Positions 18,873 through 27,266 of a stretch of 64,000 nucleotides of DNA are shown here, piece after piece. A program made the position numbers and the translations under genes. The notes under the pieces were generated by a model, which was given only the letters and a program-made list of their open reading frames with translations, ran no database searches and was not told the origin of the DNA. This stretch comes from Candidatus Krumholzibacteriota bacterium (GTDB lineage: Bacteria > Krumholzibacteriota > Krumholzibacteriia > JAJRXK01): the NCBI GenBank assembly GCA_963764625.1, contig CAVXTH010000009.1:32001-96000 (forward strand), in the 5' to 3' direction. The first letter of the stretch is position 1, and every line of letters begins with the position of its first letter.

Positions 18873-20723
18873 ATGAGAGCATTGATGATTTGCCTGATTC
18901 TCGCCACGGTGGTCGCGCCGGTTCTTGGCCCGTTACAGCTTGCAGTCGCACAGCCCACTCAAGTGAGCTACCAGGGCGTCCTGATTCGTGACGGCGTTCC
19001 GTTCAACGGCGAAACCAGAATGAAGTTTGCGATCGTGAGTGATGGCCAGTCCCTTTGGTCCATTGATGGCACGAGCGTTTCCGGTAGCGAACCCGACGCA
19101 TCCGTGCTCATGACGATCCAGGAGGGCATATTCAATGTCGAACTGGGGGGCGCAATTCCATCACAACCCCCCTTGATGAAACCACTGAGTGCATCCGCCT
19201 TGATCGGGTCCGTAAACCCAGTCTTACGAGTCTGGGTCATGAATGCGATGGGTGTATTCGAACTTATCGGCGATCATCCATTTTCGAGCGTTCCCTTCGC
19301 TTTGACGAGCGATGCAGCAATAAGAAGTTTGGGGGACTTTTCCGTGGCGGGCGACATCCTCGGTGGCGGGAATTTGCAGGTGCAGAATGAGGTGCACGCC
19401 GCGTCTTATTTTGGCGATGGCTCAGCCCTTACCGGAGTGCAGAGCAGCGGTCTTGCTGCTGGCATCTATGCCAATGCTGTCCAGTTCACCAATCCGGCCA
19501 ACGTTTTTGTCGGGGACGGTTCGAGTCTGACCGGAGTGCAGAGCAGCGGTCTCGCTGCCGGTATCTATGACAATACAGTCGAGTTCACCAGTCCCGGCAA
19601 CATCTTCACTGGCGACGGCTCGGGCCTGACCGGAGTGCAGACGAGTGATCTAGCCGCTGGTACGTATGACAATGCAGTCGAGTTCAGCAATCCTGGCAAT
19701 GTCTTCACTGGCGATGGCTCGGGCCTCACGGGCCTCTCGACCTGGGGACTGACGGGCAACGCGGGGACCGATCCGGATCTGGGACAGTACCTGGGAACAT
19801 CCGATGCACAGGCATTCGAGATCCGAGTCAATGGACAGCGGGCACTGCGCGTGGAGCCCTCGACATCCACAGATCAGCCCAACCTCATAGGAGGTAGTTT
19901 CTACAACTCTGTGGATCCTGCCGTCACGGGTGTGGTGATTGCAGGTGGGGGCGCAATCGGGAACGAGAACATAGTCGAACACAGTTTTGGGACCATCGGT
20001 GGTGGCGCGCACAATGCCATCACTGGTAGTTCTGGCGGAACGTCTGATGACTACGTCACGATTGGTGGGGGGCGAGACAACAGAGCACACGGGGAAGGTG
20101 CGACCATACCTGGTGGATCTGGCAATCGCGCCTATGGTGACTACAGTTTCGCTGCCGGACGTCGGGCCGAGGCGTATGGAAACGGCTCGATCGTCCTTTC
20201 CGATGGCACCGACGAGTCGTTCGTCTCGATCACCGACAATGAATTCGCCGTGCGGGCAACGGGCGGAGTCCGAATCGCGACCCAAATCGGCATCGGGGGC
20301 GAGCCGACAGCTGGGGTGTCCTTGAGCCCGGGCGATGGGAGTTGGGCCTCACTCAGCGACGTCAACTCGAAGGAGAACTTCGAACCTCTGGCTGGTGAAG
20401 AAGTTCTGAAACGCCTGCGTGATGTACCGGTTTCGGGCTGGAACTACAAAACGCAAAGCCCGTCAATTCGGCATGCGGGCCCCATGGCGCAGGACTTTTG
20501 GCGGTCCTTCGGTCTGGGTGACGACGAACGGAGAATCCACGCCATGGATCTGGCTGGCATCGATCTGGCGGCGATCCAGGCTCTCGATGCGAGAACTCGT
20601 GACCTACTGCAGGCCCGCGAGGACCTGAAGGAATTGCATCGGGAATTGGCTCAACTGAAAGGCGAGAACGCAGCTCTCACCTCCCGGCTGGAACGTCTCG
20701 AGCGGCTGTTGCTTCACAAATGA
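18873..20723 (+). CDS. Secreted fibre-like protein with C-terminal peptidase S74 (intramolecular chaperone) domain
   Basis: Signal peptide; VSYQGVL N-terminal domain; 33-aa GDGSxLTG repeats; IGGGxxN beta-helix-like repeats; SDVNSKENF (S-D-x3-K), WNYK, HAGPMAQDF; terminal coiled coil. Confidence 0.88.
   Translation: MRALMICLILATVVAPVLGPLQLAVAQPTQVSYQGVLIRDGVPFNGETRMKFAIVSDGQSLWSIDGTSVSGSEPDASVLMTIQEGIFNVELGGAIPSQPPLMKPLSASALIGSVNPVLRVWVMNAMGVFELIGDHPFSSVPFALTSDAAIRSLGDFSVAGDILGGGNLQVQNEVHAASYFGDGSALTGVQSSGLAAGIYANAVQFTNPANVFVGDGSSLTGVQSSGLAAGIYDNTVEFTSPGNIFTGDGSGLTGVQTSDLAAGTYDNAVEFSNPGNVFTGDGSGLTGLSTWGLTGNAGTDPDLGQYLGTSDAQAFEIRVNGQRALRVEPSTSTDQPNLIGGSFYNSVDPAVTGVVIAGGGAIGNENIVEHSFGTIGGGAHNAITGSSGGTSDDYVTIGGGRDNRAHGEGATIPGGSGNRAYGDYSFAAGRRAEAYGNGSIVLSDGTDESFVSITDNEFAVRATGGVRIATQIGIGGEPTAGVSLSPGDGSWASLSDVNSKENFEPLAGEEVLKRLRDVPVSGWNYKTQSPSIRHAGPMAQDFWRSFGLGDDERRIHAMDLAGIDLAAIQALDARTRDLLQAREDLKELHRELAQLKGENAALTSRLERLERLLLHK
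19413..19733 (+). repeat. Intragenic 99-bp tandem repeat (3 full copies plus a partial copy)
   Basis: Units start at 19413, 19512, 19611 and 19710, each encoding approximately GDGSxLTGVQSSGLAAGIYxNxVxFTNPxNVFx. Confidence 0.9.
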
Positions 20724-20916
20724 CCGGAGCCGCACCGCGTCGGATTCACCGCCCGATTGTTGAGCTTACGACCTGCCTATCCTGATGGGGTTCCTGACAA
20801 AATTCTGGGGACAATCAGAGATCGTGGGGGAACCAAATTCTCGCGAACTTGCTATCTTATGCGCCGGCAGCTACCGAACTGTGGTCGCCGCAAACCAATT
20901 TTTCAGGAGGGCTCCT

Positions 20917-21474
20917 GTGAGTAAGCAGCAATTGATTTTCGTCGTGTTGATGTTGACCGTGTTCTGCAGTGCATCTGCTTCTGCCGCCACATCCACGGAC
21001 GCGGGCAAGATCGCCCACGGTAAGTACCTGGTCACGATCATGGCCTGTAATGATTGCCACACTCCACTCACCATGGGACCCAAGGGCCCTGAGCCGGACA
21101 TGACGCGCATGCTTGCGGGCCACCCGCAGGACATGGTGTTGCCGCCCGTCCCCAAACTCGAGAAAGGTCCATGGATGTGGGTCGGCACCGGAACCAATAC
21201 CGCATTTGCCGGGCCTTGGGGGGTGAGCTTTGCCGCGAACCTGACGCCCGATAAGGAAACCGGTATGGGAAGCTGGACCGAAGCGACCTTCATCCAGGCC
21301 ATCCGCAGCGGACGGCACGAGGGCATGGGGCGTCCCATCATGCCGCCGATGCCCTGGATGCAGTATCGAAGCGCGAGCGACGAAGATCTCAGCGCCATCT
21401 TCGCCTACCTTCAGTCGATTCCGGCTATCGCGAATCGCGTGCCGCAGGCCATGGAACCGCCCGAGGCTCAGTGA
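20917..21474 (+). CDS. Periplasmic c-type cytochrome
   Basis: Signal peptide; GKYLV..MACNDCHTP heme motif; GPWGVSFAANLTPD..TG.G.W; PPMPW; DL.AIFAYLQS. Confidence 0.88.
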   Translation: MSKQQLIFVVLMLTVFCSASASAATSTDAGKIAHGKYLVTIMACNDCHTPLTMGPKGPEPDMTRMLAGHPQDMVLPPVPKLEKGPWMWVGTGTNTAFAGPWGVSFAANLTPDKETGMGSWTEATFIQAIRSGRHEGMGRPIMPPMPWMQYRSASDEDLSAIFAYLQSIPAIANRVPQAMEPPEAQ

Positions 21475-22548
21475 TGACCCTCCGTTGGCCGCATTTCGTG
21501 ACGGCCCTGTGCCTGGTCACCGCGTTCATGGTGATCGGAACTCTGGCGAGCGTCCGCGGGGCGCTCGCCGATCCCCCGCCCGCACCGCAGTGGTTATCAC
21601 AGACCGGTCTCTACGCCGCAGACGGTCGGGTCGATTCGCGCAACCTCTCATACCTCCCACAGTATCCGCTGTGGTCCGACGGAGCGGGAAAAGACCGCTG
21701 GATCTACCTGCCGCCGGGAACGCAGATCGACGTGTCCGACGGAGACACCTGGCGCTTTCCGGTGGGAACCAAACTGTGGAAGGAGTTCGCGTTTGAGGGG
21801 CACAAAGTGGAGACCCGTTTGATCTGGCAGGTTGATTCTGACCAATGGGTCTTCGCCGCGTACCGCTGGAACCCAGAGCAGACCGACGCGGAGCTCGCAC
21901 CGGCCGACGGTGTTCCTGCCGCCTGGGAAATCATGCCGGGACGTCAGCACGCGATCCCCAGCACGACCGACTGCCAAACGTGTCACATGGGGATTCGCGC
22001 AGTGGTGCTCGGCTTCAATGCCCTGCAACTCTCCGACGATCGGGATCCCCGCGCGCCGCACACGCAGGCGCTGCCGCAAGGTGCCGCCACTCTGAGCACC
22101 TTGGAGGCGGCCGGCCGGTTTACGCCGCCACGGCCAGAATGGGTATCACGATCCCCCGCGCATTCGCACCCATGATCCCATCGAACGCGCCGCCCTGGGA
22201 TACCTCTCCGCCAACTGTGGAAATTGCCACAATGCTTCGGGGCCGCTGGCTCGACTGGGGCTCTTCTTGCGGCACGACGTAACAGGCGCACCCGAGTCTC
22301 CCGAGCCCGCCCGAGCAACCTCGGTCGAGGCGAAAGGCACGTGGCTGGTGCCGGGAATCGGGGCCGAAGACTCGCGGGTCGTGGCGCCGGGGGCGCCCTC
22401 GGAAAGCGCGCTGTACTACCGCATGGTCTCGCGGCGAGCTTCCTCGCAGATGCCTCCTCTGGGCACGGTCCTGCGCGATTCCGTGGCCGTCACCTTGGTT
22501 CGGCAGTGGATCGAGACCTTGCCAAGATCAGGCGCGAGAGCCAACTAG
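21474..22548 (+). CDS. Diheme cytochrome c-like protein (SO2930-like family; +1 frameshift near 22145-22160)
   Basis: [37 protein letters not shown] in the first frame; the next frame gives [17 protein letters not shown]...QMPPLGT...VRQWI; coupled to the upstream stop. Confidence 0.8.
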
Positions 22549-22686
22549 TACTCGCCCCGAAGCTGCGATCCCTCGAAACCAAGAAAATGGCGCTTTTGAA
22601 GGAGTGCGTAGAGGGTTGGCGGCGAAGAGCCGGTTTGATAGTATCATGCACTATGACCGCAGTTTCGACCTGAAGAGCAGGATGAC

Positions 22687-23091
22687 ATGCCCACTTTTTC
22701 CAAGAGTCCACTCGAGCCATTTTCCGAGCGCGCCTACGCGATGCTCCGCATCGTGGCGGGCGCGATGCTCACCTTTCACGGGTTGCAGAAGATCTTCGGA
22801 GTTCTCACGGATCACCAGCCGCCGGTCGGATCGCAGCTATGGATCGGCGGCATCATCGAGCTCGTGGGCGGCACTTTCATCGCGCTCGGTCTCTTCACGC
22901 GCATGGCCGCGTTTCTGGCCAGCGGCATGCTAGCCGTCGCGTACTTCCAGTTTCACTGGAAGTTCCAGTTCAACTCGGCGTTTCTTCCGGGCGTGAATCA
23001 CGGCGAGCTCGCGGTTCTCTATTGCTTCGTCTTCTTCTACATGGCATGCAAGGGCAATGGCCCCTGGAGTCTGGGTAGAACTTCACGATAG
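22687..23091 (+). CDS. DoxX family membrane protein
   Basis: LRIVAG..HGLQKIFG, IELVGG..IALGLFTR.AAFLASG.LAVAYF, GELA..Y, G.GPWSL. Confidence 0.92.
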   Translation: MPTFSKSPLEPFSERAYAMLRIVAGAMLTFHGLQKIFGVLTDHQPPVGSQLWIGGIIELVGGTFIALGLFTRMAAFLASGMLAVAYFQFHWKFQFNSAFLPGVNHGELAVLYCFVFFYMACKGNGPWSLGRTSR

Positions 23092-23102
23092 CCACTAGGC
23101 TC

Positions 23103-25967
23103 TCAGCGGGAATCACGGACCAACACCACGTCGCGGTTCGATTCTCCCGCAGCGAGGACGATGCGGCTGGAGTCCCCCAACCAACCCCACCAAAAGATCG
23201 TCTTGCCGGTGAAAGAGGTGAGCTGCCTGGCTTTGGTCTCGTTTTCTTTGGAGATCCAAAGGTTGTCTCCGCTGTCCAATCTGAGCGCGGAAACCAGGTA
23301 CTTGTGGTCATAGGAGAATCTGGAGCCCGTGCGTCTTCCCTCGGTAAACGCCGTGAGGGGAGTGGATTCGCCTCCATCCAGTGAAAGTCGCCAAATGTTT
23401 CGAAGTGGATCGTTTGGATTGATGTAGGCAATCGCATTTTCTCCCGGAATCCACATGGTCGCCAGCGCATTCTCCGGAATCTCCACTCGTTCGCTCGGGC
23501 CATCTCCTTCCACAGGAAGAACCCTGTAGATCGTCTTGGTGAGAACTCCGGAGGTGTCGTTTACGGCAACCAGCAGCTGCCTGGAATCCGAAGACAATGC
23601 AACAAAGCTAGTTCGGGCGGTTGCTCTCACCGGTAGCAGACGACTCTTCCCAGTATCGGTGGATTGGATCCACAGCTCGGTGGGATCACTTTCCTTGTTG
23701 TAGACGAGGTAGCTGCCGTCGTGGGAGATAGATCGAAGATTCACAGCTCCCTCGACAGCTCTCTGCAGCCCCTTCCCGTCGATGCCGACGCGCCACAGCG
23801 AACTCACCCCGGTCTCAGAGTCCAATTTGGTGAGGAAAATCGTGTCTCCTCCACAGTCGAGACCCAGGGTCAGCCCGTCGCCCGTGGCGATACTGCGTGG
23901 GGTACTGTTGGACTCGGGAGATTGCACGTAGAGTCGAGTGCCGCCTTCCCAAGGCTTGATATAGGCGAAGGACTTTTCTCCCAATGCGAAACCAACGGGC
24001 GCGGTATCGACACTGGTGCTGCGAAGGATAGTGTGGAGAGTTCCTTCTTCGGGCTTTAGAGAGTAGAGATCGGGCAGGTAGGTTTCTCGGACCACCGAAA
24101 TGGTACCGTCCTGCGAAACCCACGGTTGTGAGTACTGAAAGAGATCATTGCTGATGTGCCTGAGTTCACCTCCCGGATAGGATAGTTCGAGAATCTGGTT
24201 GCGGATCAGTTCCGAAAGGACCACTCCGGTAACTACGAGAGCACTCCCATCGCCCGTCCAGTCGATCCCGTTGAAAAATGCCGGTTGCTTGCTCAACAGA
24301 TCTTTTCGTCTGCCGTCCTGAACATTGACGAGCGCGATGGTACCGCGTGTAACCGGGGGAGGAGAAAATATCATGATTGCCACGTATTTTCCGTCCGGCG
24401 ACCAGCTCACTCGAGATTGGAGGGCGTCCGGTGGAAGGATCCGAATCAGCTGCCGCGGCTCCCCCCCGCTGGCCGCTTGCACTTGAACCGTTCCGCCGAC
24501 ATCGGGAATAAAACGAACGAAGGCCATCTGACTGCCATCGGGCGAGAAGCTCACCGGGGAATCCACGTCGAAGCCCCGTTCCTCGGGCTGCCCCCCCAAG
24601 GAGGGGATTCGATACAGAGTGCGATACCGTGGAGCCTCCGGCTTGACCATGGTGTAGAACAGGTAGTTGCCGTCGGGGGAGAAGGACGGATTGAAGAACG
24701 GCGTGGTGGTCTTGGGAATCACCTGAATATCGGCTCCGGTCGCCACCTGGCGCACGAACATGGTGGCGCCGACGGGCTCCAGCGAGATGTAGGCCAGATA
24801 CCGTCCGTCCCTTGAAATCGCTGCGTTACTGATTTTCCCGTTGTTCGTCACGGTGGCGAACCTGGCCGGTCGGAAGGAATCGGCAGAGTGGTCCGATCCC
24901 GCCCCCCTTCCCCGTAGTCCGAAGTACGCAGCCGCCGCCACCACCAGGATGCCGATCGCCAAGATCGGCAACAGAATGGGCCGCCGTTTTTCCAGTGGTG
25001 CCATGCCGAGCGCGCTGGACGACATCGCGCTCGTGCCCGAGATCGAAAGCTCGTCGTACTCGTCGACGATTTCTCTGAGCTCCAGTGCCAGGTCCTTCAT
25101 CGACTGCAAACGCTGATCCGGAGATTTCCGTAGACAACGGCGGATCAGACGCCGCAGCTCGTTGGGAACGGTTTCGTCAAACTCCTCGATGGGGGTGGGG
25201 CGATCGTGCAGGATCTTGTGCATAGTCTCCACGTGCGAATCGCCGCTGAAGGGGCGCTGGCGCGTGGCGGCTTCATACAGGATGCAGCCGAAGGAGAAGA
25301 TGTCCGAACGGTAGTCGACCGTCTTGCCCTGCACCTGTTCCGGGGACATGTAATGGACCGTCCCCATGATTGTGCCCTCGACCGTCTGCTGGGCGCCCGC
25401 AGCCAAAGTGGTAAGGGTGGTCCCGGCTTCGGGACCGTGCTTCTCGGTGAGCTTGGCCAGACCAAAGTCGAGCACTTTCGCGAAGCCGTCATCGGTGACC
25501 ATGATGTTGCCGGGTTTCAAATCGCGGTGGACGATGCCGGAGGCATGCGCCTTGGCGATGCCCTCCGCGGCCTGCGCGAGGTAGCCGAGCAGGGTGCGCA
25601 GGTCGGTATTCTCCTCGTGGATCTTGGTGCTCAGGGTTCTTCCATTCACCAGTTCCATGGAGATGTAGTGCACTGGCTCGGGAGACGATTCTCCGGAAGC
25701 CGAGGTCACCGGTTCCTCGCCGATCTCGTAGATGGTGATGATGTTGGGATGATTGAGCGAGGACGCCGACTTCGCTTCTTGCACGAAGCGTCGTACCCTG
25801 TCGCCGCTGCGCACGAGTTCGGGAGGCAGCACCTTGAGCGCCACGCTGCGCTCGAGCTTCTGGTCCTGGGCGAGGTAGACCTCTCCCATCCCACCCGCGC
25901 CCAGGGGTCCCACCACCCGGTAGTGGGCTACGTGGTCCTCAGCCTGCAATGTCCGTGACGTGGTCAT
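23103..25967 (-). CDS. Hanks-type Ser/Thr protein kinase with TM helix and TolB/PD40-like beta-propeller
   Basis: GAGGMGEVY, VALK, HRDLKPGN, DFGLAK, GTVHYMSPEQ; TM ILLPILAIGILVVAAAAYF; SRDG/SPDG repeats; ATG 25967 chosen (GAGGGA upstream). Confidence 0.92.
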   Translation of the reverse strand: MTTSRTLQAEDHVAHYRVVGPLGAGGMGEVYLAQDQKLERSVALKVLPPELVRSGDRVRRFVQEAKSASSLNHPNIITIYEIGEEPVTSASGESSPEPVHYISMELVNGRTLSTKIHEENTDLRTLLGYLAQAAEGIAKAHASGIVHRDLKPGNIMVTDDGFAKVLDFGLAKLTEKHGPEAGTTLTTLAAGAQQTVEGTIMGTVHYMSPEQVQGKTVDYRSDIFSFGCILYEAATRQRPFSGDSHVETMHKILHDRPTPIEEFDETVPNELRRLIRRCLRKSPDQRLQSMKDLALELREIVDEYDELSISGTSAMSSSALGMAPLEKRRPILLPILAIGILVVAAAAYFGLRGRGAGSDHSADSFRPARFATVTNNGKISNAAISRDGRYLAYISLEPVGATMFVRQVATGADIQVIPKTTTPFFNPSFSPDGNYLFYTMVKPEAPRYRTLYRIPSLGGQPEERGFDVDSPVSFSPDGSQMAFVRFIPDVGGTVQVQAASGGEPRQLIRILPPDALQSRVSWSPDGKYVAIMIFSPPPVTRGTIALVNVQDGRRKDLLSKQPAFFNGIDWTGDGSALVVTGVVLSELIRNQILELSYPGGELRHISNDLFQYSQPWVSQDGTISVVRETYLPDLYSLKPEEGTLHTILRSTSVDTAPVGFALGEKSFAYIKPWEGGTRLYVQSPESNSTPRSIATGDGLTLGLDCGGDTIFLTKLDSETGVSSLWRVGIDGKGLQRAVEGAVNLRSISHDGSYLVYNKESDPTELWIQSTDTGKSRLLPVRATARTSFVALSSDSRQLLVAVNDTSGVLTKTIYRVLPVEGDGPSERVEIPENALATMWIPGENAIAYINPNDPLRNIWRLSLDGGESTPLTAFTEGRRTGSRFSYDHKYLVSALRLDSGDNLWISKENETKARQLTSFTGKTIFWWGWLGDSSRIVLAAGESNRDVVLVRDSR

Positions 25968-26036
25968 GGATTCCCTCAGTGAAGCGTCCGTGGAAAACGA
26001 GCCGAGATCGTAGCATGGATGACAGGATGGGATACG

Positions 26037-26066
26037 GAAAAAGGGGGCCGCGAGCGCGACCCCCTT
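26037..26066 (-). terminator. Rho-independent terminator after the hexaheme cytochrome gene
   Basis: Minus strand GGGGGTCGCG-CT-CGCGGCCCCC followed by TTTTT, about 25 bp past the stop at 26091. Confidence 0.7.
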
Positions 26067-26090
26067 CTTCACGATTTCCGCGTTGCGGCC

Positions 26091-27074
26091 TTACTTCGCC
26101 GCTGGCGTCATCAAAGCGATGCTCGCGTTGAGCAGTGCTTTGGTGTAGTTCGAATTGTGCACGCCGATGCTCTTGTCTTCGTGCGCAATGTAGAGCCAGT
26201 TCCACAGCGCGATCCCTACGTTCTCCGGAGCTTCGGTGACCGTGGGATGTCCATCGGCGGAGTTCTCACTGAGAACCTGCGCGGTGACCAGCAGGTCGCC
26301 GAGCTGATCGAGCAGAGCCTGCACGTCCGTCTGCACGCTGTGATAGTCGAAGGTATCCAGACCGTCATGGCAGATTTGGCAATTGGCCACGTTGGCATCG
26401 AAAGTGTGATCCCGACCAGAACCCATATGGCATTGGACACAGGTGTTCGGCACCCCGAGGTGCGGGCTGGGCATGTCGGCGACATTGCCCGCTCCGGCTA
26501 CGCCGAGAAGCATCGCGCTCTGCGGACCGTGATGCGGACCCCAGTGCGTGCTGATGCCGGTGATCATCCCGTTCACCGCCACGGGGTCATCCCGCCGCGG
26601 TTGGTGGCAGTTGGCGCAGAGGTTTCCGAGGCCACCGTTGAAGGTTGCCCCGGGCACCGCATAGAGCGGCACCGCCGCCGTACCCCGAACGTCGAAATCC
26701 GACAGGGTGTAGGTCTCGTGGATCATGTGACAGGCCCGGCAGTCCTGGCGCGTCGGATCCGGATCGCCCTCGGTCACCTGGTCAGGCCGCTGTCCCGCGT
26801 CCATCCTGATGGCAGCGGCATTGCCGGAATGGCATCCGGCGCAGTCGGCGCTGGTCCCGCGTTCGTACGATGTGCCGGTGGCGTGCACCGACATGTCCCA
26901 TTGAGCCGCCTTGCCGGTGATGAGGTTGGTGCCGTTGTGACAATCGGCGCAGGACAATTGCGATGCATCGGGGAGGGGACCTTCAGGCCCGGCAGGGCCC
27001 GTGTCACCCGTGCATCCTATCATTGCCAGCAGGGGAATGAGCAGAGACACGAAGAACAGATGACTCAATTTCAT
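26091..27074 (-). CDS. Multiheme (6 CxxCH) c-type cytochrome lipoprotein
   Basis: Lipobox MIG-C, short collagen-like GDTGPAGPEGP, CADCH, CAGCH, CRACH, CANCH, CVQCH, CQICH, C-terminal EDKSIGVHN; RBS GGAGG before ATG 27074. Confidence 0.9.
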   Translation of the reverse strand: MKLSHLFFVSLLIPLLAMIGCTGDTGPAGPEGPLPDASQLSCADCHNGTNLITGKAAQWDMSVHATGTSYERGTSADCAGCHSGNAAAIRMDAGQRPDQVTEGDPDPTRQDCRACHMIHETYTLSDFDVRGTAAVPLYAVPGATFNGGLGNLCANCHQPRRDDPVAVNGMITGISTHWGPHHGPQSAMLLGVAGAGNVADMPSPHLGVPNTCVQCHMGSGRDHTFDANVANCQICHDGLDTFDYHSVQTDVQALLDQLGDLLVTAQVLSENSADGHPTVTEAPENVGIALWNWLYIAHEDKSIGVHNSNYTKALLNASIALMTPAAK

Positions 27075-27266
27075 GACAAAAGGCCTCCTCGACCTGAAGG
27101 GCGACACAATGCGGAAACCGCCGTGGATCAAGAATAGGAGACGCAATTATCTGAATCAAGGAATGATAAACGCAATTTACTGAAAGCGAATTTCATTTTC
27201 AGAAGTCTCGTGCTCCCTGGAGAACGGATGTCTGGAGAACTCGGGTGGACCGTGGGTTTGCCGGGA

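Noticed and set aside
18873-20723. Prophage remnant suggested by the S74 tail-fibre domain
   Set aside because: The protein has a Sec signal peptide, and no integrase, capsid, terminase or other phage genes are nearby
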